From assembly GCA_031961205.1 (NCBI GenBank), contig JAVRLS010000001.1, positions 1-60,614 on the forward strand: a stretch of 60,614 nucleotides of DNA, read 5' to 3'. Position numbers and translations under genes: made by a program. Origin of the DNA: Thermoplasmataceae archaeon (GTDB lineage Archaea > Thermoplasmatota > Thermoplasmata > Thermoplasmatales > Thermoplasmataceae). Below, piece after piece: positions 19,078 through 29,025 of this stretch; positions within the stretch are counted from its first letter, which is position 1; each line of letters begins with the position of its first letter. The notes below the pieces were generated by a model that saw only the letters and a list, made by a program, of their open reading frames with translations, did no database searches and was not told the origin of the DNA.

Positions 19078-19760
19078 GAAATGTGCTCTCTTTCGATTTT
19101 CTTAAGCCTGAAGCTGAAGTCAACGTATTTCATTATCATGGTTATGAAGTAGGAAACGACCATTTCGGTCAGGAAATACATGAAGATCCAGTAAGGCATG
19201 ACCCAGAAGTGAGCGGTTGAAATATTGATATTATAATCCCATGGAAAAGCAATGTAATTGTACGGCAGTTTTCCGACAAACACGAAAAGCCAGGCATAAA
19301 ACAGTATTGTGAGAACGCTTATAACCAGGAGTGGCTTCATTGTGTTCATTGAGAGCTGGTACTGGTCCATTGACATCTGCATCCTCATGCTGTTGAGTTT
19401 GTTTATCTTTTTCATGTCGTGGTTCCTGTAGGCTTCCCGGATCACACCATTGAACGCTTTCATGGTGTTCTGCATCTTGCCCATTTTAACCCAGTCAGTG
19501 AAGAAATACCGGGGTATTGAAAGGATAACACCGATTATTATCCCGGTGATTACTATGGTAAGTATCGGGTATTTGTAGTCAAAACCAAATGAGGGGAGAA
19601 ATGCAAGGTTCAGAAAGCCACCGACAGTGTTTCTTGAAGTTGGCGTTATAATGATGAACAGGCTTCCCAGCATTATAAACATGTAAACCATCTGGAAAGT
19701 CATCATCTTCTTCATGGCTTCCTGCTGCTCTTTTGATTGCACCGTTCTGTTTTCAGTCAC
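19074..19760 (-). CDS. DUF106 membrane protein (archaeal YidC/Oxa1/EMC3-like insertase family)
   Basis: 228-aa ORF with 3 TM segments and a Met/Lys/Gln-rich coiled cytoplasmic loop (MGKMQNTMKAFNG...MRMQMSMDQYQLSMNTMKP). Conserved archaeal neighbourhood secY-adk-DUF106-cmk. Confidence 0.7.
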   Translation of the reverse strand: MTENRTVQSKEQQEAMKKMMTFQMVYMFIMLGSLFIIITPTSRNTVGGFLNLAFLPSFGFDYKYPILTIVITGIIIGVILSIPRYFFTDWVKMGKMQNTMKAFNGVIREAYRNHDMKKINKLNSMRMQMSMDQYQLSMNTMKPLLVISVLTILFYAWLFVFVGKLPYNYIAFPWDYNINISTAHFWVMPYWIFMYFLTEMVVSYFITMIMKYVDFSFRLKKIEREHIS

Positions 19761-20304
19761 TGGACAACACCTTCACTATCCGTTCTGCAGCATCTTCCGG
19801 CTTTCCTTCCTCGTTTTTCACGAAGAAAACTGTGGCACCGGTGAATATCGAGTAAGCTGCAGAAAAGTATCTGTTCATCCGCTGGTGTTCATCTATGTCG
19901 CCCTCGGATTCCTCGTCCCTTTTTCTCGTCGGATCGTTGTCGCGCCTTTTCCTTATTATAGCCGGGCTGGCTTCAACTATCACAAATATGGATGCTTTCA
20001 GTTCTCTCAGCACCCACTCAGGTAGGCCGGGAAGATATCCTTTCGGTGTCTTTATAGACATATGCGTATCGATAAGTATATTGTCCATGGCACCGATCTT
20101 CCTTGCTGCCAGCCTCTGGAGATCAACCTGCGTTTCCGGCGAAAGTTTTCGCATCTCATCCCTATCTGATGCAAGTTTTTTGTCCTTCGCAATTTCAAAC
20201 ATTACCGTCCCGTAATTGATTATAGTGTATCCAGAACGTTTGGATACTATATCAAGCACCGTAGTCTTACCCACACCTGCAACTCCAGTTATCACTGACC
20301 TCAT
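19753..20304 (-). CDS. adkA: adenylate kinase, archaeal type
   Basis: 183-aa ORF. P-loop GVAGVGKTT. Directly downstream of secY. Confidence 0.9.
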   Translation of the reverse strand: MRSVITGVAGVGKTTVLDIVSKRSGYTIINYGTVMFEIAKDKKLASDRDEMRKLSPETQVDLQRLAARKIGAMDNILIDTHMSIKTPKGYLPGLPEWVLRELKASIFVIVEASPAIIRKRRDNDPTRKRDEESEGDIDEHQRMNRYFSAAYSIFTGATVFFVKNEEGKPEDAAERIVKVLSSD

Positions 20305-22065
20305 TTAACCACCCACAAAGAACTGCCTGATCACAGGATGCATTTCCATCAACTGCTCACGGCCCATTGCCTCATAGAACTGAATTATTATTCCTACAGC
20401 AAGAAGCAGACCCGTCCCGCTTGTCTCTCCCACTGTGCCGATCAGGTTTGCACTTGCAGCAAGCAAACCTACGACAGCACCACTGAATATGGTTATAGCC
20501 GGGATATATTTTTTCAGAACGCGCTCCATAACCCTCGGATCCCTTCTGAATCCGGGTATCTGCATTCCGCTTGACTGTATCTGCTTTGCTACTGCTGAAG
20601 CTCCCATATTCGTCGTTTCAATCCAGAATATTGCAAATATCACGCTAAAGCCGACCATGAAACCGACAAACGCTATTATGTGTATAGCTTCCTCAATTGA
20701 GGTATGTCCCAGAAGTACAGTCTGGTAAGCCGCTGGTTGGAGTATCGGGAACAGCCATTCCGAAAGGCCGTTTGGCGAGAACAGGTAATACGCTAAACCT
20801 CCGGTCGGCGTAGTTGCCGAAATGCCCAACGCAGTTGCTGCAGCGGTTGTAGGATACGAACCGAGGAGCGGATTATGACCTAAAAGCGGTACTTTGCTAA
20901 GTACCGGACTACTCCAGAACAACAGTGTCCACATGGAAACATTGGCTAGCAAAGCTGTTGCCAGTATCACAGGTATATTGGATGCATAGAGAAGCTGTAG
21001 CGGATAACGCCCCCTGGCCCCACGCACCCTTTCGTGAGAAATAGGCAGCTCAATCTTGCTGCTCTGGAAGTAGGCAACAAGGAAGAATATTAGAAGTGTT
21101 CCGAGAACCGCTATCATAGGGTTCGGTGGCGCAAAGAGTATCTGGACTATTCCGTTTGAAAGCAGATAACTGGAAGAGGAGTGCGCAATTATGTAGAACA
21201 GTTTAGGAAACGCACCGGCTGGAGGGTTGGTAAGCGAATATGCAAGCGTATTCTGAAGTGCCATCCAGTTAAATGCGCCTATGAAAAGCTGCTCCGAAAC
21301 ATCTGCTGCAATGAAGAGGGATATACCGGATCCTATACCGTACTTTGAAACAACCTCATCCAGAAGGAACACAAGGTACGACCCAAAGAACAGCTGCAGG
21401 ATTATAATTGTCTGGGAAAGAAACATACCATATCCCGGCAGCACTGAATTAATAGAAGCAACGAAACCCGCATCCGGAACAAGGTAACCGAATGCCTGGG
21501 GTATCGCTTCAACGAATATCATTATAATTACAAGAAGCTTCTGGACACCCTGATATATGGCCTTATCCTCGGAGTTTTGAAGATCAAGGTTGAATATCTT
21601 GGCACCAACAAACAATTGCATTACTATACTTGCGGTAACTATAGGCCCTATTCCCAGATCCATCAAGGATCCGGATGCGCCTGCAAATATTTCCCTGAAC
21701 GATGCAAAAACATCTATAGTGGACGCTCTGTTCAGACCATAAACGTATATGTTTGTCAGCGCGAAGTAAAGAATTACTGTTATGGACGTCCATAACATTT
21801 TATATTTAAATTCAACGTGGCCTTTTGCTTTTTTAACGGCAGGAAGTTTCCCAGTGAGGGTTTCAAGACCGTAGAGCTTGCTTTTCTTTGGACCCTTATA
21901 ACTCATCACCAGATACGCAATATAAAAAAGTGGAGCTATAATCAGTGATGCTATTGTTAACTTGATGGCACCTAGATGATCAAAGTACCAGAAAGCTGCG
22001 ACTACGATCGCGAAAACCACGATCAAAGGGAATGCTACGGATTTATTCCTCTCTATTGCTGCCAT
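20305..22065 (-). CDS. secY: preprotein translocase subunit SecY
   Basis: 586-aa ORF, polytopic. SecY-like from ~residue 65 (LPAVKKAKGHVEFKYKMLWT...) to the C-terminus (GGTGLLL-like GTGLLLAVGIIIQFYE). The alternative start at 21906 (MSYKGPKK) would remove a 53-aa two-TM extension. Confidence 0.9.
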   Translation of the reverse strand: MAAIERNKSVAFPLIVVFAIVVAAFWYFDHLGAIKLTIASLIIAPLFYIAYLVMSYKGPKKSKLYGLETLTGKLPAVKKAKGHVEFKYKMLWTSITVILYFALTNIYVYGLNRASTIDVFASFREIFAGASGSLMDLGIGPIVTASIVMQLFVGAKIFNLDLQNSEDKAIYQGVQKLLVIIMIFVEAIPQAFGYLVPDAGFVASINSVLPGYGMFLSQTIIILQLFFGSYLVFLLDEVVSKYGIGSGISLFIAADVSEQLFIGAFNWMALQNTLAYSLTNPPAGAFPKLFYIIAHSSSSYLLSNGIVQILFAPPNPMIAVLGTLLIFFLVAYFQSSKIELPISHERVRGARGRYPLQLLYASNIPVILATALLANVSMWTLLFWSSPVLSKVPLLGHNPLLGSYPTTAAATALGISATTPTGGLAYYLFSPNGLSEWLFPILQPAAYQTVLLGHTSIEEAIHIIAFVGFMVGFSVIFAIFWIETTNMGASAVAKQIQSSGMQIPGFRRDPRVMERVLKKYIPAITIFSGAVVGLLAASANLIGTVGETSGTGLLLAVGIIIQFYEAMGREQLMEMHPVIRQFFVGG

Positions 22066-22480
22066 TTTCTATCTTAGCACCTATAGTTGAAAGCTTATTT
22101 ATTGCTTTTTCGGTTGCCTTATCGATAATAATTGTTGCCTTGACATTAAATTTTCCGCTTCCGAGGAGCTTATCGTAGCCTGCCCTCTTAAGATCTATTA
22201 CGACCGATCCGCCTTCTTCCGTAATAAAACCATCATTCCTGAGGTTATCGAATATATTTGTTATATCCCCAAGATTTATAGGTACGTCCGGCTTTGAAAC
22301 GTGGTGACTTGTGAAACCGTGCACGCCGAAATGGAGCGGATCATTTTTCATCAGCCATACCCATTTATGCTTTCCAAGGCCTGCATTTCCATTACCGCCT
22401 TTCTTTCCTTTGCCTCTTCCGGCCTTCATTCCGCGGCCGTAGTGGCCTCCCCTTAATTTTTTAGTTCTCGTGTTCACCAT
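22043..22480 (-). CDS. rpl15: 50S ribosomal protein L15 (uL15)
   Basis: 145-aa ORF; [29 protein letters not shown]. Confidence 0.95.
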   Translation of the reverse strand: MVNTRTKKLRGGHYGRGMKAGRGKGKKGGNGNAGLGKHKWVWLMKNDPLHFGVHGFTSHHVSKPDVPINLGDITNIFDNLRNDGFITEEGGSVVIDLKRAGYDKLLGSGKFNVKATIIIDKATEKAINKLSTIGAKIENGSNREE

Positions 22481-22958
22481 TCAAATCACTTCCAGGTATA
22501 ATCATTCTCCTTATAAGGGAATTAATGGCCTTGCCACGGTAACCAGATGATCCCTTCGCGTTATACGGTATCTTGATTGCCTCGTATCCCTTATATGGCG
22601 GGTTCAGCCTTATTACCGGAACAACGTCCTTGACATCCTTGAATTTAAGTTTTCCATCCATGAGTGCTTGCGCCATTTCCTTATAGCTTGAAAAACCGGT
22701 TTTTTCTTTAAGCTCTTCCTCTGTAAGCCTCTTTCTTCCTCTGAAAAGGCATCTGTTTTTTAAAAGAACTTCGAGAGTATCGGTATCTATTTCCCCCCAT
22801 GTAACGTAGTCTTTGACCTTCTGAAGCATGCCTCTGATGACGTCGTTATCGTCGACAAGAACAAGATGATTTATCCTGTTCAGCCTGAGAAGCTCTGCTG
22901 TCTTGTTTATGCCTGCCTTTACTCCCGTGTCTCCTCTAATACGAATTATTGCTAGCAT
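22461..22958 (-). CDS. rpl30: 50S ribosomal protein L30 (uL30)
   Basis: 165-aa ORF; [13 protein letters not shown]...[12 protein letters not shown]. Confidence 0.95.
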   Translation of the reverse strand: MLAIIRIRGDTGVKAGINKTAELLRLNRINHLVLVDDNDVIRGMLQKVKDYVTWGEIDTDTLEVLLKNRCLFRGRKRLTEEELKEKTGFSSYKEMAQALMDGKLKFKDVKDVVPVIRLNPPYKGYEAIKIPYNAKGSSGYRGKAINSLIRRMIIPGSDLNGEHEN

Positions 22959-23601
22959 TTATAACACTTCCTGAATATATCGGGGTTGACAATATTATGC
23001 TCGGATTTATCCTGACCTTGGATGTTTCCCTTAGCGCATTATAAACCGCAAGAGCATAGTTGACCGTTGTTTTTGTATGCCCTGCAGCAAATCCCCATGC
23101 ATCTTCAATTCCACCCATTCTCAATATCGTCTTGGCAACATTTCCTACGGCTAACCCCACTCCCCTTGGGGCCGGCTTGAGAGTTATCTCCACAGATCCT
23201 GATTTTCCTGTAACCAGGTAAGGGAGCGTGTGTGCTCTTCCGCATCCGCATTCCCACGAACCACAGCCCCTCTTTATCTCGATTATTTTAAGTTTGGCCT
23301 GTATTAGAGCCTTTCTTATGGCAGGTGATGCCTCCTTTGATCTTCCTATGCCAATTCCGACGTAACCGTCCTCATTACCGACAACCACTGTTATCGAGTA
23401 CGTCATTCTACGACCAGAATCAGTCATTCTTTGAGCTCTCTTAATGTTAATAACTTCATCCTTTATGTTTGGAATCAGAAAATCAACAATTTCGTATTCC
23501 TTTAAAGGAAGTTTCGTTTTTAGGGCTTCTGACATAGTTTTTATCTGCCCGGAAGCGACAAGTCGCCCCAGCTCGGTTTTTGGAACCCATTCATCGCTCA
23601 T
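22936..23601 (-). CDS. rps5: 30S ribosomal protein S5 (uS5)
   Basis: 221-aa ORF; [33 protein letters not shown]. Confidence 0.95.
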   Translation of the reverse strand: MSDEWVPKTELGRLVASGQIKTMSEALKTKLPLKEYEIVDFLIPNIKDEVINIKRAQRMTDSGRRMTYSITVVVGNEDGYVGIGIGRSKEASPAIRKALIQAKLKIIEIKRGCGSWECGCGRAHTLPYLVTGKSGSVEITLKPAPRGVGLAVGNVAKTILRMGGIEDAWGFAAGHTKTTVNYALAVYNALRETSKVRINPSIILSTPIYSGSVINASNNSY

Positions 23602-24089
23602 GCTTTTTCCTCCACTTTCTTGAATTTCTTTAAAGCGTCCTTTAGTTTAATCGGATTTTTAAGATGTTTTCCCTCAAGTCGATCATTTGAAGGAAATATA
23701 TCTTCGCCATGATTTATATCCATCCCGGAATCTACAATCCCTTTCAGGCATGCAGCTATTCTTCCCCCAGGAATGAAGTCGAATCTGCCGGTATCGAGCA
23801 CCACATAGTCAATGTCCCTGTTATGTGCTTCAATTCCGGTCGCGTATCCGACTAGATAACATATCTGCATGTTGTTTCCTCTTGCCTTTATCCCATATTT
23901 TTCCAGGGATTTATCGGTAACTGTTAATAAAACGTGATCGCCATTCTCTCCATATTCTATTATCTGCCCTATCACACCTTTATTCGTAACTCTTACAACG
24001 AATCTTTTCTCGCCGGACTTGAGAAGCTTAAGCCTCTTTGAATAATCGGTCAATCCATTTTTCTTTCTTTTGAATACCATTTCACTCAC
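23598..24089 (-). CDS. rpl18: 50S ribosomal protein L18 (uL18)
   Basis: 163-aa ORF; RFVVRVTNKGVIGQII. ATGA coupling to rps5. Confidence 0.95.
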   Translation of the reverse strand: MSEMVFKRKKNGLTDYSKRLKLLKSGEKRFVVRVTNKGVIGQIIEYGENGDHVLLTVTDKSLEKYGIKARGNNMQICYLVGYATGIEAHNRDIDYVVLDTGRFDFIPGGRIAACLKGIVDSGMDINHGEDIFPSNDRLEGKHLKNPIKLKDALKKFKKVEEKA

Positions 24090-24531
24090 CCATCAATCCG
24101 GCCGACTTTATATGTGAAACAAGCTGCGATCGTGATCTTATGTTTCCACTTTTTATAAGCCTGTAATACTTCCTGTAGGCTTCATCATTTATCTTACCGC
24201 TTTCCTTCAGTTCCCTGAGTTCAGATCTCAACGCCCTTATAGTCTTTACCCATCTGCTCTTCCTTGGAAACCTTGCGTTTCTTGTTCCTCTTAAAGATCC
24301 CGGGCCTCTCCTTCTATTCTTTGAAATCTGTTTTATCCGTGATTTAAGCCTTCCGTTTGATATCCCTTTTTTTTGCTTTATTTTTATTATACCCTGATCC
24401 ATCAGGGCAGCGATATCAGACCTGGTTGCTGCATCCGCTACTTTATCAATATTGTTTGTATCTATGTATACCCTTGAAATGCCAACTTTCCTGGTATCTG
24501 AAACTATTCTTTTTACGCTCTGTGTTTTCAT
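24082..24531 (-). CDS. rpl19e: 50S ribosomal protein L19e
   Basis: 149-aa ORF; RRRGPGSLRGTRNARFPRKSRWVKTIRALR. Confidence 0.95.
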   Translation of the reverse strand: MKTQSVKRIVSDTRKVGISRVYIDTNNIDKVADAATRSDIAALMDQGIIKIKQKKGISNGRLKSRIKQISKNRRRGPGSLRGTRNARFPRKSRWVKTIRALRSELRELKESGKINDEAYRKYYRLIKSGNIRSRSQLVSHIKSAGLMGE

Positions 24532-24543
24532 CAGACATCATCC

Positions 24544-24930
24544 CTAATTTAGAAGCTTAATATTAAGCTCTTCCGCTTTTTTTGAAATATTTTCTCTTTT
24601 CTTCTTCCCAACTGAAGAAGCTATTCTTGCTGCCTGCCTCTTCGGATCTATTTTTTCCAGATCGCTGACGTTGTGTACCAGCACTTCGTAATAGCCGGAA
24701 GGATGCATGCCTCTTACAGCAGCTGGGGACCTGTATCCAGCATCCACAACAGGCGGCCTTATCTTCAGGTGCTCTCTCTGCTTTGAATGCTTTCCTCTGG
24801 GTTTTCTCCAGGCATCTCCAAGCTTTTTGTATCTAAACCATTCCTGCCTGTGAAATTCGACTCTCTTCCTGGATTCTTCATTTTTTATCTTCAATAGCCT
24901 TCTTTCTTCCTGATCAAGATTCTGATTCAT
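24544..24930 (-). CDS. rpl32e: 50S ribosomal protein L32e
   Basis: 128-aa ORF; [25 protein letters not shown]. Confidence 0.95.
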   Translation of the reverse strand: MNQNLDQEERRLLKIKNEESRKRVEFHRQEWFRYKKLGDAWRKPRGKHSKQREHLKIRPPVVDAGYRSPAAVRGMHPSGYYEVLVHNVSDLEKIDPKRQAARIASSVGKKKRENISKKAEELNIKLLN

Positions 24931-25475
24931 TGCTCTCCACCTTCAGATATAAGATAAATGCCATCCTGGAATACCCTGTCATCAAAGCCTTTAATCTTTG
25001 TTGACCTTTCTATGTTGGCGACAGTTTCTGCGACGTCCTTTTTGGATATGCCTGAAACGGTAACGCGATCTGCCTTTACGGCAACACTGGTTTCGCCTAT
25101 TATCTTTGCCATCCTTGCTGAGCGTTCACCGAAGAAATTCTCTATTACAACATTTTTTCCCTTTACCGAAACCCTCATAGGAAAATGCGAATAATCGATT
25201 TTCATCTCGTACTCGAAACCCTTTGTAATGCCATTTATCATATTTTTCAATTCTGAAGCCCATGTGCCTATTATGCCCCGCTCCCTTGAATTGCTTTTGC
25301 TCTGGCTTATAACTGCCTTGTTATCGCTGACCTCTATTCTCACATAGTTATCAGCAAATTTTTTTTCTATTTTTTTATCCTTGTATGTGAATGCAATTGT
25401 ATTCCCATCCACCTTCACCTTCACATCCTTCGGAATTTCTACAGACACAGCCTCATTCCATTTTATCATGTTCAT
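24927..25475 (-). CDS. rpl6: 50S ribosomal protein L6 (uL6)
   Basis: 182-aa ORF with the two-repeat L6 pattern. Conserved order S8-L6-L32e. Confidence 0.95.
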   Translation of the reverse strand: MNMIKWNEAVSVEIPKDVKVKVDGNTIAFTYKDKKIEKKFADNYVRIEVSDNKAVISQSKSNSRERGIIGTWASELKNMINGITKGFEYEMKIDYSHFPMRVSVKGKNVVIENFFGERSARMAKIIGETSVAVKADRVTVSGISKKDVAETVANIERSTKIKGFDDRVFQDGIYLISEGGEQ

Positions 25476-25480
25476 TCACC

Positions 25481-25879
25481 TCAGTAAACGTAAGCAAGCA
25501 GTTTACCGCCAACACCGCTTTTTCTGGCTTCTACGTTGCTCATAACTCCTTTAGTGGTTGTAAGTATAAGTATGCCGAAGTCTTCTGCCGGGAGATATCT
25601 CGATTCGTAATCTTCCATGCTGTCCATTCTAACAGGAAATCTTGGTTTTATAACACCGCAGTTGTTTATTGTCGTGCTCAGTATTATTTTAAATTTCCCG
25701 CCACGGCTTTCGTCTATGACTTCGAAACTTTTTATGTAGTTGTAGTCCTGCATTACTTTCAGCACCTTCCCAATCAGCTTAGCCGCGGGTTCCGTTATTA
25801 TTTCGCGCTGGCCAAGTTTTGATGCATTTTTTATCGTATTTATAACATCATTTAAAGTATCATTTTTCGTAAATATCAC
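25481..25879 (-). CDS. rps8: 30S ribosomal protein S8 (uS8)
   Basis: The ORF is open from the TTG at 25903. The GTG at 25879, just after the rps14 stop, gives 132 aa (typical length). C-terminus GVMSNVEARKSGVGGKLLAYVY. Confidence 0.9.
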   Translation of the reverse strand: MIFTKNDTLNDVINTIKNASKLGQREIITEPAAKLIGKVLKVMQDYNYIKSFEVIDESRGGKFKIILSTTINNCGVIKPRFPVRMDSMEDYESRYLPAEDFGILILTTTKGVMSNVEARKSGVGGKLLAYVY

Positions 25880-25880
25880 C

Positions 25881-26042
25881 TCAGCTATACTTTTCAAAGC
25901 CAAGCTGCTTGGCTGTTTCCCTGAAGCACTGCCTGCACATATGGAGCCCGTATTTTCTTACCAGGCCTCTCTTCCTTCCGCATCTCACGCACCCGTCAAT
26001 ATGCCCATACTTCTTTTTTGGTTGTAATTTAAACTGAGACAT
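25881..26042 (-). CDS. rps14: 30S ribosomal protein S14 (uS14, zinc-ribbon type)
   Basis: Below the ORF-track cutoff. Hand translation [53 protein letters not shown] (53 aa, CxxC...CxxC). It fills the gap between rpl5 and rps8. Confidence 0.92.
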   Translation of the reverse strand: MSQFKLQPKKKYGHIDGCVRCGRKRGLVRKYGLHMCRQCFRETAKQLGFEKYS

Positions 26043-26047
26043 ACATA

Positions 26048-26560
26048 TCACCTCACGATAGTAACATTGAAGTTCTTCTGAAGAAAATCGATTGTTTCTT
26101 CCTTCTTTACCATTATTTTATTTGGAACGTTTGATCTTTTGATCCTTCTCCTTGAAATCCTGTATCCTCCGCGCCTCTTCAGGACTATTGCAACATCCAT
26201 GCCAAATATCCCTATGTCTGGATCATATTTCATGCCTTTGAAATCGGTATAATCTGATATGCCGAAGTATGCATTTCCAGCCTTATCAAATGAGTATTCC
26301 GGGATCTTGTAGTCCTTAACGAAGAGGGCTTTCTTAAGGAATTCTTCGGCATCTTTTCGCCTGAGAGTTACCTTAACTCCAATTGGAAGCCCCTTCCTGA
26401 TGTTGAAATCCCTGACTGATTTCCTCGCAACTGTATTGGTAGGTTTGTGGCCCGTTAACATTTTTAGAACCTGTGAAGCTTTATTTAACCGATCACCGGC
26501 CTGTCCCACGCCGATATTAACCACAACTTTGTCGATTCCTATTTCTTCCATTTCGCTCAT
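26048..26560 (-). CDS. rpl5: 50S ribosomal protein L5 (uL5)
   Basis: 170-aa ORF in conserved position; [12 protein letters not shown]. Confidence 0.95.
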   Translation of the reverse strand: MSEMEEIGIDKVVVNIGVGQAGDRLNKASQVLKMLTGHKPTNTVARKSVRDFNIRKGLPIGVKVTLRRKDAEEFLKKALFVKDYKIPEYSFDKAGNAYFGISDYTDFKGMKYDPDIGIFGMDVAIVLKRRGGYRISRRRIKRSNVPNKIMVKKEETIDFLQKNFNVTIVR

Positions 26561-27264
26561 TTGGCCACCTCTTCCTGCTTCAAATTAAATGTGTAGCGCT
26601 GGTTTCCTATCACAAAAACATGCTCCTTTATGGTGCTGAAGCCCTCTTCGAAATGTACAAGATTTGATGAAGATGATGATTTAACCTCTATCTTGCTTAT
26701 AGTTGCAACTGTGCCGACATGTGATCCTCCGGTTATAAAGGCCTTGCTTCCAGGCTGGAGCTTTATAACATTTTGGATATCCATTACTGGCATTTTTGAT
26801 ATAAGCACGTCTCCGACCTTGTAGTCCTTATTATCAGTTATCAGTATCCTCCCATCGTGAAAACCCAGCTGAATTTTATTTCCCGTTGCTATTGTTTTAC
26901 TTTTGATTTTAAGTGGTTTTAGAACTGATCTTTCCGCAGCTTCAGGTAAAATAACAAGAGCGCCCTGATCATTGTACAGGACACGGTAAAATTTGCCGCT
27001 GACTTCAAGCACATCCATGAATCCAATCGCAAACCGCCTGTCTTTTACAACCTTTCCATCAACTTTAACAAGGCCGTTCACAAGAATTCTTGTGCATTCC
27101 CTTTCCTTATCAGAAATCTTCAAATAATCCCTTATCGCACTGAGTACAGTTATAGACTGGTCCTTCCCGTATCTCCCGGCACTTGGCGTTGGGCCCCAGA
27201 AGAAAGTTTTTCTCGGGATCTTTACTACTCTGGGAACCATCAGTCTTTTTGTTTTATTAATCAT
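26557..27264 (-). CDS. rps4e: 30S ribosomal protein S4e
   Basis: 235-aa ORF; S4e pattern with KOW region. Confidence 0.95.
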   Translation of the reverse strand: MINKTKRLMVPRVVKIPRKTFFWGPTPSAGRYGKDQSITVLSAIRDYLKISDKERECTRILVNGLVKVDGKVVKDRRFAIGFMDVLEVSGKFYRVLYNDQGALVILPEAAERSVLKPLKIKSKTIATGNKIQLGFHDGRILITDNKDYKVGDVLISKMPVMDIQNVIKLQPGSKAFITGGSHVGTVATISKIEVKSSSSSNLVHFEEGFSTIKEHVFVIGNQRYTFNLKQEEVAK

Positions 27265-27716
27265 AGATCATCATCCTCTTTCTCGTTTTCCTCTGGTTTC
27301 TCTTCCAGCTCAGGAATCTCTTCATCTTTACTTTCAGTTTCTTCCTTTTCCTCGACTGGCTCTTCTTTCTTTTCTTCAGGTGCCGGCTCAGGTATATCCG
27401 GTACTGCAATATGCTTTAGGGCCGCCAGACTCTTTATTTTTTCTATACGCTCGATTTTTGAAAGATCAAGATGCGTTATCTGAAGATTGGAAGGAGCAAT
27501 ACCGAATGCTTTTTGCTTTCCATCGGTTTTAGCTATAGTTATCCCTTCAATAATAACACGGTTTTCCTTATGGTCAACATCGGCCACCTTTCCTCCGCTC
27601 TTCTTGTTGCTTCCCGCAATAATGGTTACGACATCCCCCTTTACCACGGGAAATGACCGTATACCATATTTTTTCCGCAATTCTTTGCTCAGTGATACAT
27701 ATATTTTAGTATTCAA
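27261..27716 (-). CDS. rpl24: 50S ribosomal protein L24 (uL24) with acidic C-terminal tail
   Basis: 151-aa ORF. KOW motif VKGDVVTIIAGSNKKSGGKV. The last ~45 aa are Glu/Lys/Pro-rich (PEPAPEEKKEEPVEEKEETESKDEE...EDDDL). Confidence 0.93.
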   Translation of the reverse strand: MNTKIYVSLSKELRKKYGIRSFPVVKGDVVTIIAGSNKKSGGKVADVDHKENRVIIEGITIAKTDGKQKAFGIAPSNLQITHLDLSKIERIEKIKSLAALKHIAVPDIPEPAPEEKKEEPVEEKEETESKDEEIPELEEKPEENEKEDDDL

Positions 27717-27730
27717 TCAAACCACCAGTT

Positions 27731-28129
27731 TTAAACTATTATCGATGCAATTGCAGCGATTCTTGGCCATCTTTCAGCAGCTTCCCTTGCCACCGGCCCC
27801 TTAATTTCTGATCCCCTGACTTCCCCCTCGGGGGTGACCAGGACTGCGGCGTTGTCCTCGAATTCCACCATTGTACCGTCTGGCCTTCTGTATGGGCGTT
27901 TCTGCCTTATTACAATTGCATAAACAACCTTTGCCCGCATTTCAGGTGCACCCTTCTTTACGCTTGCTATGAACATGTCGCCTATTCCAGCGGCTGGCAT
28001 TCTGTTTGCAACCCCGTGATATGCTTTGACATCTATAAGGCTGATCATCCTGGCACCTGTATTATCTGCACAGATTATATGAGCCCCCAGAGGCAGCCCC
28101 CTGATTTGCCTGCCTGCAATTCCTTTCAT
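27731..28129 (-). CDS. rpl14: 50S ribosomal protein L14 (uL14)
   Basis: 132-aa ORF; CADNTGAR, IRQKRPYRRPDG. Confidence 0.95.
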   Translation of the reverse strand: MKGIAGRQIRGLPLGAHIICADNTGARMISLIDVKAYHGVANRMPAAGIGDMFIASVKKGAPEMRAKVVYAIVIRQKRPYRRPDGTMVEFEDNAAVLVTPEGEVRGSEIKGPVAREAAERWPRIAAIASIIV

Positions 28130-28470
28130 TGCTTCACCTTTTCAACAACTACAAATGAAATTGTCTTTGCAAGTTTCCTGCATTCTGCGAATTTGACAGT
28201 GTCTCCGATGCCCAGTTCTATGCAGTCCGGGACATGGACATGATATTTTTTAATCTTTGTAATCTTCCTTTCATATTTTGGCACATAATCCTGGTATTCT
28301 CTAGTTATCACGGCGCTTCTGGTCATGGAGGTTGATACTATTTTTCCTATAAGTATCTGCCCTCTTACCGAAAGATGACCGTGAAACGGGCATTTTTCAT
28401 CAGAGCATTCCTTTTCAGGTGCCTTTACGTCAATTCCTATGTTTTTTGTTGTCATTCCTTTCAACTCCAA
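28126..28470 (-). CDS. rps17: 30S ribosomal protein S17 (uS17)
   Basis: 114-aa ORF; CPFHGHLSVRGQ, GDTVKFAECRKLAKT. Confidence 0.93.
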   Translation of the reverse strand: MELKGMTTKNIGIDVKAPEKECSDEKCPFHGHLSVRGQILIGKIVSTSMTRSAVITREYQDYVPKYERKITKIKKYHVHVPDCIELGIGDTVKFAECRKLAKTISFVVVEKVKQ

Positions 28471-28726
28471 GCTTTTTCAATATACGCCTGTATTCCTTCA
28501 GCCTGTCTTCAGGCCTGAACACTATTAATGAACCGTCAATTATATTCTTCCCATCTATCACAAATTTCCGGTGATATTTTGGAATTTTTTTAATATATCC
28601 ATTCACATCTATTATAATGGTATTCTTTGTTTCATCGGCAACATGGCCCTTGATCTTTTTCTCGGCCCTGTTAGGGGTTTCGTAAACCGCGATTTCATGT
28701 CCTATGAATTCATCAATGTATATCAT
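28430..28726 (-). CDS. rnp1: RNase P protein component 1 (Rpp29/Pop4 homologue)
   Basis: 98-aa ORF. Sm-like Rpp29 pattern (LIGHEIAVYET..., IKGHVADETKNTIIID, RPEDR). Conserved archaeal slot between SUI1 and rps17. Confidence 0.85.
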   Translation of the reverse strand: MIYIDEFIGHEIAVYETPNRAEKKIKGHVADETKNTIIIDVNGYIKKIPKYHRKFVIDGKNIIDGSLIVFRPEDRLKEYRRILKKLGVERNDNKKHRN

Positions 28727-29025
28727 GACTGCACTTCCGTTTTGAAACCCATATCCTCAAGATATTTTTTCACTTCCTGCCGGTGATCTCCCTGAAGTTC
28801 TATGATGTGGCCATCCTTAACGGTACCGCCGGATGCAACTTTCTTTTTAAGTTCCTTTGCGATCTTGTCCACATCTTCGGCTTTAGGGTCTATTCCCTCG
28901 ATTACGGTAACGAATTTGCCATACCTTCTTTTATCCACAACGATTTTAACGGTTTGTGATTCTCTGCCGAATCCTTCCCATGGCTGTAATTCCTTGGGCA
29001 TTCCCGTAAAATTTTTGTCTTTCAT
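28723..29025 (-). CDS. translation initiation factor aIF1 (SUI1 family)
   Basis: 100-aa ORF; VDKRRYGKFVTVIEGI...GGTVKDGHIIELQGDHR. Confidence 0.9.
   Translation of the reverse strand: MKDKNFTGMPKELQPWEGFGRESQTVKIVVDKRRYGKFVTVIEGIDPKAEDVDKIAKELKKKVASGGTVKDGHIIELQGDHRQEVKKYLEDMGFKTEVQS

Noticed and set aside
18538-19760. Looked for rpl34e and rpl14e, which flank cmk in many archaeal secY-adk-cmk-cbf5 strings
   Set aside because: The genes here abut or overlap (DUF106/cmk by 4 nt, cmk/cbf5 by 32 nt), leaving no room. The absence is consistent with lineage-specific loss and is not a feature to report.
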